The notes: a model not told the origin generated them from the sequence alone. 57,591 bases of DNA from Cyanophora paradoxa CCMP329 (GCA_004431415.1 QPMI01000487.1:1-57591); one strand, 5' to 3'; counted from the first letter of the stretch, positions 45,500 to 57,533 are shown. Numbers and translations are program-made.

Positions 45500-48393
45500 G
45501 AGGCGGCCCCTGTTATCCCACATGGCGTCCACTATGGCGTTGTGGACCACTTGCTCTGGGAGGGCGGGACGGGCCTGCGCGCACCGTTTCAGGGCCCTCA
45601 GCAGCCCTCGAAGATGTTGGAGTTGGCGTGCACCAGCGGGAGGGAGGGCTGGGACGGCGGCGGCGAGCCCGGGCCGAGCCCTGGGTGGCGAGGGCCTGCG
45701 AGGGCGCCGGCTCCAGCTCCATCTCGAACATACCGCCCTCGACGTCGACGGTCACGGGCGGCGAGGCCGGATCGCGCCGGCCTGCTGCGTGGCGGGGACC
45801 TGAGCCGAGAAGTTCTCGAGCCGCCACTCGCGGCAGCCCTGGCACTCACCTGGACGAAGACGGTGCGGTTGGCGACGGGCGGCGTCGGCAGGGCCTGCGC
45901 GGGGGCGTCACTCACAGAAGCCGAAGGCGCCGGCCTTGTGGGCGGGGCGTCGGGGTCGCGGGGCGTGCTATAGGCCTCCGAGCCCTCCGATTCAGAGTCA
46001 CTCACCGGGCTGAGAGGGTGGGGTGAGAAGAGGCCGAGGCGGGCCTTCTTGGCGGGCAGGAGGTGGGAGCCGTTGAGGGCGCAATCGGCGCCGTGGGCGC
46101 ACCTCTCTCCGTAGGTGGGCAGAGGGCCGGGGCGAGGGCGCCGGAGCCAAGGGCGCCGGAGCCGAGGACGCCGGGGCTGGAGGAGGCGGTGAGAGGGGCC
46201 GAGGAGGAGAGGAAGGGGAAGGGCGCGGGCACCGGCGCCGGGACGAGGCCCTCCTCCAGCAGCCGCATCTGCGCCTCCTTCGCCTTCTCGTCGATGCGGG
46301 CCTCGAACGTCGCCCAGTTGAAGCCGACGGCGTCCGCCTCCGCCAGCTCGGGGAGGCCGTGCTCGTCGAACGCCAGCGCGGGCCGCCCGCTGAAGCCGAA
46401 CGGGGCGGGGGCGAGAGCGCGTTGTCCCCGACGCCCCAGACGGCGCTGAACGCCGCATCGTCCCAGCGCGCCTCCGCCTCCGCCTGGCCCTCGTCCCTTG
46501 CCTCGTCCACCTCCTTGGCGGAGAGCGACCCGATCTTGATGATGGAGGCCTGGATCAGCACAAACTCGCGCTGGAAGAATTGGACGAGCGGGATGGTAAC
46601 TGCGGGAGAGGGGTGAGCGGGGAGAGCGCGGGGCGCAGGCCAAGGGCGGGGGCGCAGGCCAAGGGCGGGGCGGACGCACATTCGATGCCGTAGGCCACCT
46701 CCTTGATGTAGCGGCCCCGGCGGCCGATCTCCTTGGCCAGCATGCTGCACTCCTTGCGCGCCGGGTGGCCGTGGCCCCACTCCATGGCGATCATCGCCTT
46801 CGCCAGACGGACGCCCTCGATGTGCCACTCGTCCATCAGCGCCTCCAGCTTGGCGCAGATGCGCATCCAGAAGAAGACGCGCTTGAGCTTGTCGCGGTCG
46901 AATTCGGCGTCGCCGCTCTTGCTGCCCCAGTCGCGCAGGTCCGTCTCCTCCGCCTTCTTCACCTTCTCGTACCAGCACTTGATCTTCTCCGCCTGGCGCT
47001 GGAACTCGTCCGCCCGCGCCGTGAGAACGTCCGACTCCTCCTGCGCTCCGAGGGCCCGGGGTCAGGGAGGAGAGGCGGGCTAAGCGGGGCGGCGGCGGAC
47101 CGTGTGCGAGAGCTCGCCGACGATCACGGAGATGGCCGCCGAGAGGATCTCACGGGCGCGGGCCGGCCCGTTTGGGTGGCCCTCGCGCAGAACCTCCTCC
47201 AGCTTCAGCACGGCCGTCCGCGCGAGATCGCGGTGGCGCTGGCGGGTCTCGTCGCTCCGGCCCTGATCCACGAGAAGCTGGAGCTGGGGCCGCATGCCGG
47301 AGTCGCAGACGCTGGCGTACTTCAGAAGGGCCGCGCAGGAGAGCACCTTCTGCACGCTGACCAGCCAGTACGCGTAGCCCAGCGGGCTCTCCGCGCTCGG
47401 GTTCTCCCCGACCTGCGGACGCGACCTTAGCGCGCGCAGGGCAGGGGAAAGGGGAAAGGGCGGGCTCTCGCGCACGTAAATGTCATCGGCGCAGGAGAGG
47501 AACATGTGATCAACGACGTCGAAGAAGCCGCCGGACGGGAGCGTGCCGACGCCGTGGTACGCGCCTTGGATGGTCTCGCCGGCGCAGATGCCGGCCTGGA
47601 CGGTGACGGTGTACTGCGAGGCCGGCGGCCCCTCCTTCACGTAGACGAAGTTGAGGTCGTACTTCTTGGCGTACGTCGGGTTGATGCGCTTGGTGACGAT
47701 GACGTAATCGCACCGAACGCCGAGGCCGGACGGGCTGGCCTTCTCCTTCTCCGTCACCGACGCCAGGCACTGATCCCGCGCGATCAAGAGCTGCAGCGGC
47801 CCGCGCGTGAGCAAGCGCGGGCACGCGAGCGCAGGGAAGGGCCCTCACCCCGTGGGCGCCGCCGCTGCCGGATTTGAGGTCCGCGAGGAACTCCTTCTGC
47901 TCCGGAGTGCCGGAGAAGATCGCGCGCGGATGGAAATCGCGATGGAGCGCGATGCTGTTGAAGCAGCCCGCCGCCGCATTGTCGGACATCAGCAACAGCG
48001 CCACATCGCCGTGCGTGAAGCCGTACTTCGCCTTCACATGCTCCGGCAGCTCGTGAATGCTGTAAGGCACGATCTGCGCGCGGGGCACGCGAGCCGGGGC
48101 ATGTGAGCCGGGGCCGAAGCGGTGCGGGCGAAACCGCGAACCTCGTTGAACTTATTCACCGGCGTGAACTGGCCCTTGGTCTTCAAGCGCTTCGGGTGGC
48201 CGTCCGTGTTCTGGATCTTCTTCAGCCCGCCGAACGGCTCGAAGCGCGGCACGCCGGCCGAGTTGAACACGCTATCGCAGGTCATCGCGTTGAGCGCCTC
48301 CTCCGCCGACAGGCTGCCGAGATCGCGGGCTATGCTGTCCTGCTCGCCGGGCTGCTGCTGCTTCGCGCACGAGCGGAAGGTCGCCGCCTGCAT
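45500..48393 (-). CDS. Multi-exon hypothetical protein (at least 5 introns; 3' end uncertain)
   Basis: GT..CAG introns at 48074-48141, 47791-47848, 47413-47475, 47041-47100 and 46600-46679 each splice the flanking ORF pieces in frame. Confidence 0.75.
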
Positions 48394-48698
48394 CGCGAGT
48401 GTTACTGCCCGCGATGTCTCAACGGATTCCGTTCAACGTCGTACCCCCGCTGGCTTGTTCCCTCCCCAACTCGCGAAGACTCAGACTTGAAGCCCGCTTC
48501 TCCCCCCCTCAAAATCGCGTACCCCCCTTGGGCTCGAACCCCGGTCGGTTTCTCGCTTTTTTTGACTGCCCAGTCCGGCGATGCAATGCAGGCCGCTCGT
48601 TCAAATCGGCTGGGAACTTGGCGCCAGAACCTTCGCAGCGCGCGCAGCACTCCCAGCAGAGCGCGCGCAGCACCGGCGGCAGCATCGGCGGCAGCAGC

Positions 48699-50361
48699 AT
48701 GTCTCGGCTCGCGCTCCCTCCGGAGATCCCGGCTAAGCTGGCGAAGAACACGCTGTACGACGTTCTCTGCGTCGGCGACAGCTTCGGCGTCGATTGGACG
48801 GTGTTCGAGGCCGGTATCAGCGACCAGGCGAAGGAGGCGCAGGCGCGTGCGCTGGAGGATGGCATGCAGTTCAGCCCGAACAGCAAGGATGTGCTGCGCA
48901 AGACCGAGCTGGCCGAGCGCAAGCGCAAGCTGGCCGCGGCGCGGACCTTGAACCTCGAGGGCGCCCCCGGCCCGTCGGTGCAGTTCTCCATCGACTCCGT
49001 CCTGTCGCGGCTGCGGCTCGCGGAGGTGCTCGCTGCCTCTTTCTCCCTCGCGCGCCCGGCTCGCAGCGGCTGAGGCGCCGCCGCGCTCGCAGGACGCGGA
49101 CGTGCGGGCGATGCACGCGGCGCTGAACATGACGGAGGAGAACTTCGACACACCGAGCAAGCCGAAGCCCGGGCGCGATTCCGACGCCCGCCGGCTGTTC
49201 GCGGCGCAGCGCCTGCGGCTGCTCATGGGCGCCGTGCCCCGGCACATCGCCAAGGGCGAGTGGCGCACGATTGGCCTGCTGGCGGCCCGGAGGAGTTCTA
49301 CTTCAACCGCATGGCGGAGGCGGCCCCGCACCTGCTCTGGCTGCTGGTGCTCAGCTCGGACCCGGCCTACACGCCCGAGGTGCGCCCCGGCCGCCCGTGC
49401 AGCCGCGGCCGCCCCTCCCCGCCGACCCCCGCCGGCCCGCAGAGGCTGGCGAAGGGCATCATGGGCGTCGAGGCGCGCTGCATCATGCGGAACAGCCGCG
49501 CGTTCATCACGCGCCACGAGAGCTCGGCGGTCTGGGGCGAGCGGCCGGACACCGGCGTCCTCACCGACGCCTACGCCATCCGCATCGTGCTGGAGGCGGC
49601 CTGCCGGACGTGCCGGGACCGCCACGGGCGCCAGGCATCTGCGCCTTCGACCTGGTTCCTGAGTTCGAGGTGCCCGGCGTCACCATCGGCGACCGCGTGC
49701 AGGTGCGCCGTTTCTATTTGGATGCTATTTAGATGCTATTTAGACTATTTAGATGCCATTTAAACCCCTCGCAGGTCATCCGCCGGTGCTCGATGCCGGA
49801 CTCGCACGGGCGGCCCATGATCCACGGCGCCGTGAAGTACGTGGTGCCGCGGCGCACCCTCGCCCTCACCTTCTTCGTCCCCGTCTTCGACAAGGCGGCC
49901 GCCGCCGCCGCCGCCGCCGCCTCCCGCCCCCGCCCCATGCTCGCGGCCGCGGAGTCCTCGGATTCCGACTCGGATTCCGAGGCGGAGCGCGAGGCCGAGG
50001 CCGCCGCCGCGGCCCGGCGCTGGACTTCACGGAGGAGGAGCTGGAGCGGGCGCGGAGCCTGCCGCGCGCCGGCCAGGCGATGGCCGCGGCCTTCCAGGCG
50101 GCGATCGGCGAGGCGACGGCCTCCGCCTCGGGCGCCCGGGCCGGCGGCAGCATGATCACGGCGGAGGGCCTCGCGCGCGCCATGCGCGTGGCCCAGGCCC
50201 AGGCCCAGGCGAAGGCAAGGGCAAGGGCAAGGCCGCCTACATCGACCTGCGGTTCGAGGAGGAGGAGGCGGGTGCCCCGGCGGCGCGGCGCGATCTCGGC
50301 GAGGAGATGGAGGCGGCGGCCCCCAAGGCGGCCGGTGCGCCCTCCCCGCCCTAATTTCTGA
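48699..50361 (+). CDS. Multi-exon hypothetical protein (3 introns, several frameshifts)
   Basis: MSRLALPPEIP...; introns at 49026-49092, 49380-49442 and 49703-49774 join ORF pieces in frame; contains CRTC. Confidence 0.7.
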
Positions 50362-50389
50362 GCCTAGGGCGTTCCAGAGGCGCAAAGGA

Positions 50390-53300
50390 ATGACCCTGCC
50401 CACAGAGGAGGAGCTGGAGGCCGAGCGCGAGATGGAGATGGAGGCCGCGCTGGCGGCGGCGGCGGACGCGAAGGCCTCGCGCGAGCTGGAGGTGGCGGAG
50501 GAGTACGCGATGGAGCTGGAGCGCGAGCGCGAGCGCGAGGGCGAGCCCGATGCGGAGCTGGCGGCGACGGTGGAGGCGGGGGCGGGGACACCTTCGAGCC
50601 CGAGCCCCCCGTCGACGAGTTCTACCCCCTCCCGCCCTCCCCTCCCTCGACGGCGCCCCGCCGCCGCCCATCGAGGAGTTCTCGGACGACGAGCCCGGCG
50701 ACGCCGGCCCCAGGCCGCCCTCGTCTCCCCCCGCCGCCCGCCCGCCCCCGTGCCCCCGCCAGCCCCGCCGCCTCCGACGTCTCCTGGCGCCCGAGCGGCA
50801 ACCCCTCGGCCTTCAGTCCCTTCCGCCCCTCGCAGCCCTCGCAGCGCCCGCCGCCCTCCGTCCAGGGTACCCCCCTCGCCCGCCCCATCCCCTCGCCGCC
50901 GCGGGGCACGCCCGTCGCCACGCCCGCCTCCTCCCTCGGCCACATGCCCCCTCCGCCCCTCCGGCCCCCCGCGCCGGCCGCCTCTCCCGCCGGGCCCAGC
51001 AGCGGCGCGAGCGCGAGCGGCAGCTGCTGCGCGATCAGCGGGCGGAGGCGGAGGCGGACCACGACGACGGCCAGGCGTCGGAGAGCGACGGCGAGCCGCC
51101 GCGCGCCACCAGGCTGGAGCTGGCGCGGGCGGAGCTGGCGTGCAGCCGCGCGAGGCGCCCGAGATCGACATGTCCAAGTACGACGACGTGACAACGTACA
51201 GCAAGGACAACAAGTCCAAGAAGGAGGCGGCCATTCAGGATGCGCTCCGCCTCTTCGTCAAGAACAACGTGCGCCCCGCCCCCCTTAGCTGCGCGCCCCC
51301 CCCCCTTAGAGGCCGGAGGCGGCCGTGCCCAGCTGCTTAAGGCGCTGGGCCGAGCCGCCTTCGGCCGGTGCGCCCCCCTCCCCGCGTTCGAACCCCGCTA
51401 ACCCCCTTTTGCCGGCGCAGCGGATCGTGCGCCAGAGACCCTACGGCCCGAACTCCCCGCCCACCTTCTACGTCGAGCTCCCGAACCTCTTCGTGTACGA
51501 CAAGGTCAGCGCGAACAGGCACGCCGGGCGCGGGACGATGAAGGAGGTCATCCAGCTGCTGGCGATGACTTCCACAAGACCTACGAGTCCAACCCCGGCT
51601 CCTTCGAGTTCACCTTCTCGAAGGAGGTGCTCTCGGGGCGGACGCGCACGTTCGTGGAGGAGTCCCTCCAGCTCGAGGACGTCTGCCCCGAGATGCCCGT
51701 CATCCCCGGCTTCGCCTTCGCCTGCGACACGCGTGCGCCGCCCGTACCCCTGCGCCCCGCCCCGTACCCCCGCCGACGCCCCTTGCGCAGATTTCGTGGT
51801 GCGGGCGCCGCAGGACAGCACGGGCAGCGCCTGCGTCCTCGTCATGACGCACGAGGAGGCACGGGAGCGGTACGCGGGCTACATGAACACCTGCTACATC
51901 CAGGGCGCCTGCCGCGGGCATCGAGGAGGCGACCGAGACCTGCGACTGGCCCACCGTGTACGGCATGCTGCACCCTTCATGCCCAACGTCGTCAAGCACC
52001 TGGCGGACAACGGCTACGTGACGGCCGACGAGTTCGGCTACGCGGCGGCCGTCCTCTACGCCTTCAACCTCGTCGGCCGTGGAACTTCTGCGACAGCCCG
52101 TCTTCGACCGGGAGCCGCGCGCGAGATCGAGCCGCCGTCCGAGGGCGCCATGCTGCAGTACTGCGGCATCATCAAGGGCCAGTCGGGCACAGGCAAGTCG
52201 ATGGTGACGCAGATCATGACGGAGTGCCTGCCGCCGGCCGCGTCTGCGTCTACCGCCCCTCCAAGGGCTCGGCCTTCTCGGAGCACGGCGGCGAGGAGGC
52301 GATCTGCATGGTGATGGCGGAGGGCCTCGACCTAAGGCCTGCTCGGAGGAGACTCAAGATGCGCTCCGGCGACGCCTACTCCCGCAACTTCAAGACGTCC
52401 GCGGCGACGATGTGCGCACCAAGGCGACGCGCAAGTGCTTGTCATCGTCTGCAACAGCTTCCGCAGGTGCGCCCGTTCCCCTGCCCCCCTTCCCCTTCCC
52501 CGGCGCCCTTTCTCACTGCCCCGGCGCAGCTCGAGAACCGCATGCTCGAGTTCTTCGCCCGCGTCGTCCTGATCCCCCTCGACCACAAGCGGCCAAGAAG
52601 CGCACCTACCTCCACTCCGACATCCGCGAGAACGAGCTGCGGCGCTCATGGTCGCGGCCTTCACCTTCGCGTGGAAGATCATCCACGCGCTCTCCGACGG
52701 CAAGGCCTCCTGCATCCAGGCCTTCGAGCCGGCGTGGCTGCGGGCGCAGCGCCTCGGCTTCTGGCAGGAGACGGCCTCCTGTCCCCTCACCCGCTTCATC
52801 ATCGCCCACTGCGCCGTCGACCCCACCACCTACGTCGCCGCCCCGAACACGGAGGGCTACATGACGAGCGTCGCGGCATCGTCGAGTACATCGCGCGCAC
52901 GGAGGCCCCGACACCTCCGCCGCCGTCGGCGCGACATCGAGAACGGCCGGCTGGACGAGACCCTCGCCGGCTTCGGCTCCTGTGCCGCCCCTACTCCTAC
53001 AAGCTCGGCGCGTCTGGCAGACCTACATCCGCGGCATCGTCCCAAGCCCCGCTCTCCCTCGGCGAGAGCCAGCCGGCGCTGGAGGCGATCGCGATCCCCG
53101 TCGCCCAGTTCAAGGACCCGGCGCCCGACGTCGGGCCCTTCCTCGTCAAGCCCACACCAAGGGCAAGGCAAGCGCACCGCAACTCGGCGCCGGCCTTCCT
53201 CCCGCCCAGCCCCCGCCACGGCCCCCAGCAGCGCCCCGGCAGCAGCGCATCGACGAGATGCTGCCGCGCCAGGTCCGGCCCCGCGTACCCCCGCCTTCCC

Positions 53301-53850
53301 TCCCGTACCCCCCTCCCCCGCCCCCTCCTGATCCAAGGGCAGGGTACCCGACGAACGGCGCGCGGGCCCGAGCGGCTACGGAGCTCGGCCTCCTCCGCGA
53401 GCGCCGACGGCCCCAGCCCCTCCCGGCCCCGGCGCCGTCCTCACCGCGATCCAGGGCTTCGGGCCCAGCAGGAGGCCGAGCGGCGGGCGCTGGCGGCGCG
53501 CCAGCGCGCGGGCGGAGGAGCGGCGCCAGGCCCTCTGGGCCAGCGCCTGCAGGAGGCCACCGCCTTCCGCGCCGAGCTGGAGGCGGGCTTCCGCGCGGAG
53601 CGGGATGAGCGCGGCGGAGGCCGTGGAGAGCTGGCGGCGTTCGAGGACGGACCGTGGAGCTGCGAAGGGCCTCGGCTACAGCTACCGGCGGCGCCGGTGC
53701 CCACCTCGTACGCAAGGCGGGCGGCGCGCGAGCCTCCGGGCAAAGATCGACGCGGCGGAGGAGCAGGCGGCGCGCGAGGAGGCCGAGGACAACGCGCGCT
53801 TCCGGCACCTGCACCACTGGCCCGAGGCCGGTATTTTTTCTCAACCCTCC
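50390..53850 (+). CDS. Superfamily-3 (D5/primase-helicase-type) helicase with introns and a low-complexity N-terminus; multiple frameshifts, 3' end approximate
   Basis: Walker A GQSGTGKS (52177-52200), degenerate B ICMVMAE, motif C LVIVCN, FFARVVLIPLD, then CPLTRFIIAHC (winged-helix-like). Introns at 51269-51420, 51733-51790 and 52467-52529. Confidence 0.75.
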
Positions 53851-54136
53851 CTCAATTCGGTCCCGCGATGGCCTTCGAACTTATCCTGCCCACTACTCGC
53901 TAGGAGCCCTCGCCGCGACCTCACCTGGCTCCTCGGCGGCACCCCACGCCTCGCGGTCATCGGCTTGGCTTTGGCTACGCCGCCAGAGCCTCTACCCCCC
54001 GGCTGCGCCTCGCAGGCGGCGCCGGCATGCGCCCCGCCGGGCGCTAACTTTTCAAAGTTCATTCTCCCCTCCCCTTTCCGAGTTCCGAGTCCGTGGCGTT
54101 CCTTTTAAATTTCTTCATTCTGTTACACGTTCGAAG

Positions 54137-54600
54137 ATGTCGAGGCGGTAGAGAAGCTGCTGTGCACCTGTTCAAATCGGATTCGCGATGCAGCAAGATC
54201 GGCGAGGCGGCGAGGGCTAAGGTGGGGCGGCGGCGGAGGGCCCAGGGTGAGGCGGCGGATCCCGCGCCGCCGTCGCTGAAACGATCAAGGGCGGCAAGGC
54301 AGAGCGTGGGGGCGCTGCCCCTCGTGCGATCGCGCCGGGTGCAGAGAGGGCGGCGCACGCGGCGACGGCGCGCTGGCCCCGCGCGGGCGCCAGGCGGAGC
54401 CTACCCTGCTGGGCCGGGGCTGCACCGCCGGCCGCCGCCCCTACGCCGTGAGCGCCTACTTCGACGAGGCCAACCGGCCTGAGCTGCCAGGAGCTGTGCG
54501 ACAACCGCATGCGGCGCGCGTGGACGGGCACCTGCCGCTGCTGGTGGCGCTGGGCGGCTCGCTCCTGATGGTCTGGTACCTGCGCGGCCTGGTCATTTAG
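54137..54600 (+). CDS. Small protein with C-terminal TM helix (frameshifted)
   Basis: Ends LPLLVALGGSLLMVWYLRGLVI*. AAATTTCTT motif upstream of ATG 54137; frame not continuous. Confidence 0.4.
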
Positions 54601-54637
54601 ATAGTTTTTCGAAACCCCGGTTGGAAGCTAGCCAAGG

Positions 54638-54958
54638 ATGAGCTGGCTCGATGCGCTGCTCACGAAGACCTTGGCCCAGGGCCAGCGCGCCTGCAGTTCG
54701 GCGAGATCAACGCGGCGATTGGCGCCACGGTGGGAGACGAAAGAACCGAGAGAACGTCCTGCGCGGCGACGGAGGCGCGTGGGCCGACATTGCGGCGGGC
54801 GCCCTGGCTCCGCGCTCACCGCACCGGGCAAGGCGGGCCGCGCGCTGGACGGACGGGGCGAGCGCTTCTGGCACTGGCTCAAGGTGGGTTGTCATCGCCG
54901 CAGCGGTTGTGGCGGGTTCCTGGTGCTCGAGGCTCGCGCGCATTTTTCTAAACGCTAG
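54638..54958 (+). CDS. Small protein with C-terminal hydrophobic segment (frameshifted)
   Basis: MSWLDALLTKTLAQG...FWHWLK, then VVIAAAVVAG / FLVLEARAHF in shifted frames. Confidence 0.5.
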   Translation: MSWLDALLTKTLAQGQRACSSARSTRRLAPRWETKEPRERPARRRRRVGRHCGGRPGSALTAPGKAGRALDGRGERFWHWLKVGCHRRSGCGGFLVLEARAHFSKR

Positions 54959-55016
54959 GTAAATCCGAGCGAACCATTGCGCGCGGCTCTTCCGTGTTTC
55001 CTTCGCTGAGAACCCG

Positions 55017-55341
55017 GTGGCGAACGCAGTCCCCCTACCCCCTGGAGCCCGGAGTGAAGCGGAGCGTGCGAACGCAGTCTCCGTCAAGAAGGCCAAGGCG
55101 CACGCTGGCGCTGAAGTCCGGTCGCGGAGGATACGGAGAAGGTTGCATTCAACAAGCGCAAGACGTACAAGGCGATACGCGAGGGACAGCTGCTGCCCAC
55201 GGACTCGGTTCCCGGGCTGCCGGGCACCACGGCCGGCGAGCTCCTAGTGCGCAACCTGCGCCTGCAGTACGTCTCCCGCCTCCGCCGCTCCAAGGCCAAG
55301 AAGGCGCGCCTGGACTCGGGCGATAGCAGCTCTAGCTCGTA
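55017..55341 (+). CDS. Small basic protein (frameshifted)
   Basis: VSVKKAKAHAG, then KVAFNKRKTYKAIREGQLLP...RLRRSKAKKARLDSGDSSSSS*. Confidence 0.45.
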
Positions 55342-55385
55342 GGGCTCTGTACTGTTGTATTCAATGCCTTTACCAGTTCCTGTTC

Positions 55386-55653
55386 CTATCCCAGAGCACG
55401 ACTCGGGTGAAGGGCACGGTCATAGCGAACATGAACTCGGCGAACTTGGCAAAGTTCATCAGGGTTCCCAGGCGGGATCCTCCCAGTAGATCGCCTCGCG
55501 CAGCGCCTCGTAGACGCGCATGAGGGAGCGCTCGTTCTCCGTCGCGAAGGCGTCGCCGGGCTCGTCGGGGTCGGGATCCGTGAGCTCGGAGTACTCGTCC
55601 GAGCTGCCCGCGCTCTCGGCACCTGCGGCGGGGTCGGGCGAGGGGTCGGGCAT
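55386..55653 (-). CDS. Small acidic protein
   Basis: MPDPSPDP...SSDEYSELTDPDPDE...YEALREAIYWEDPAW. ATTTTCTG upstream. Confidence 0.5.
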
Positions 55654-55700
55654 TCTTGCTGGTAGAAGGGCTAGAAGAGGGACCAGAAAATCACTAGCAA

Positions 55701-56041
55701 TCACGGGCGCCGGAACTCCATCGAGTCGCCGCGCCAGTACTTGTTGCCGGAGGCGAGCAGCTTCATCGGCTCGCCCGTCGAATCGTGCTTCCAGGCCTCG
55801 CCGTCCCAGAGGGCCGTGCCGCCGTCCTCTAGCTTGAGGCGGTGCCCGGCTCGAGACGGTTGCCGTCGAGCATGCGGCCGGCCATGAGCGCCAGGTCCCA
55901 CTCGGTGAGGTTGCGCTGCTCTGCGGGGGTGAGGCCGCGCTCGACGCGCTCGGGCTGGCGCGCCTCGCGCTCCATGCGGCTGAGGCCCACCAGGAAGAAG
56001 ATGGGCAGGGCAAAGGCCATGAGATCTAGCAGGGCCTCCAT
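55701..56041 (-). CDS. Small protein with N-terminal hydrophobic segment (frameshifted)
   Basis: MEALLDLMAFALPIFFLVGL..., then HRLKLEDGGTALWDGEAWKH...*. Confidence 0.5.
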
Positions 56042-56051
56042 TGGGCAAGAC

Positions 56052-56336
56052 TTAGAAAAGGTTCCGGACCAGGCCCGAGAGCTGCGGGCCCAGGCGCCGG
56101 GCGGCGTAGTAGAGCGCGGCCGCCGCCGCAAGGATCAGCAGGCGCGGCGGGCCGCGCGCCGGCTCCTCCAGCGTCAGGTCCACGGTCTCCGGCCCGCGCG
56201 CCGGAGCCGCCAGGATCTCGGGCTCGGAGCAGAGGGACTTGGGCCCACGGCGGCGGCGCTGCTTGGGCGCCGAGGCGGCGGCGGTGAGAAGGTCCTCAGG
56301 CTCCTGCTTGATACCTGCGCAGTCAGTAAAGTCCAT
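56052..56336 (-). CDS. Small protein with C-terminal TM helix
   Basis: MDFTDCAGIKQEPE...RLLILAAAAALYYAARRLG. Confidence 0.55.
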   Translation of the reverse strand: MDFTDCAGIKQEPEDLLTAAASAPKQRRRRGPKSLCSEPEILAAPARGPETVDLTLEEPARGPPRLLILAAAAALYYAARRLGPQLSGLVRNLF

Positions 56337-56420
56337 GCTTGCTGGGTACCTTGGAAAATTGTGGGAGGCGTCCGGAGATTGCGAACGTAGGAGGGGGGAG
56401 AAATGACGCGGACGCAAAAG

Positions 56421-57107
56421 ATTCCGTCATGGGTTTTCCGTCATGGGCTGGAACTTGGACTCGGGACTCGGCCGGGAATTCTCCTGGTAAGTTCGAGACT
56501 TGAACTCGGCGGGGTACCCCCTATGTCCAAATGCCCTAGTGTCCCAGAGTCCTAGTGTCCTAGTGTCCTAGTAGTACTAAGTAGTACTAAGTAGGTGGTA
56601 TCGATATCTAGCTAGCTAGCGCTAGCGCTTGCTTAATTAATTACCTGAAAGGTTGCGGAGGTTTGCGGACGCGTCACAATTCCGTCATGGGTTTTCCGTC
56701 ATGGGCTGGAACTTGGACTCGGGACTCGGCCGGGAATTCTCCTGGTAAGTTCGAGACTTGAACAAGAACGACGTACCCTCCTATGACCGTTCTATACTAC
56801 ATTAAAGTATTCATTGATTGTGAATAACGATAATGTCATAGCAACTTCAGTATGATGTCATAGCAACTTGAAATTACCTTCAAGTCGAATAGAGGGGTAC
56901 AGAGTCGGTACGTTAGACTTGACAAAAACACGTGTATTTTTTTACGCCGAGTTTTGCGGCCGAGTCCCGAGTCCAAGTTCCAGCCCATGACGGAAAACCC
57001 ATGACGGAATTGTGACGCGTCCGCAACCTCCGCAACCTTTCAGGTAAATGTCAGGTAACTTCAGGTTAATAATTAAGCAGAGCGCTAGCAAGCACTAGCT
57101 AGATATC
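56421..57107. repeat. Direct + inverted repeat control region
   Basis: ~85-bp direct repeat at 56421-56504 and 56679-56763; inverted copy at ~56957-57107 matching ~56603-56733; CCTAGTGT and AGTAGTACTA micro-repeats. Confidence 0.9.
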
Positions 57108-57533
57108 ACAGCTCTACCTTGCCCAAGTTGATGGTATCTAGCAAGGCCTGCTCCTCCAAGTCTGCACCACCACCGCCTCCCAGCGCTAGCGCTAGCTCGA
57201 TACCGCCTCCGGCCTTGATCTCCCTTGGCTCCAGCCACCTGAGAGGCTCAGGCCACCTCCTCCTGGTGAAGCCGGTATCGTTGCTCTTGTCCAGCTTGAG
57301 GTAAGCGGTAGGGCGCGGCGCCGGCCAGTCCGGCTGTGGCCGCTTGCCTCCTTGGCTATGTCCTTGGGCCTACGCGGTCGCAGGTCCGCCTTGGCCTTCG
57401 CCCTCTGCAGGGGGCCCAGCGCCTTGAACTTCGGTGCCTTGGTCGCCGGCAGGGCCTTGGGCTGGGGCTTCTGGGGCTTCTGCATCTTCACCGCCTTGGG
57501 CTTCGGCATCCTTGGCTGCTTCGATTTCGGCAT
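57106..57533 (-). CDS. Lys/Pro/Gln-rich basic protein (possible DNA-condensing core protein); frameshifted
   Basis: MPKSKQPRMPKPKAVKMQKPQKPQPK.... A shifted frame continues to ...LLDTINLGKVEL*. CTTTTCTCA upstream. Confidence 0.55.
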
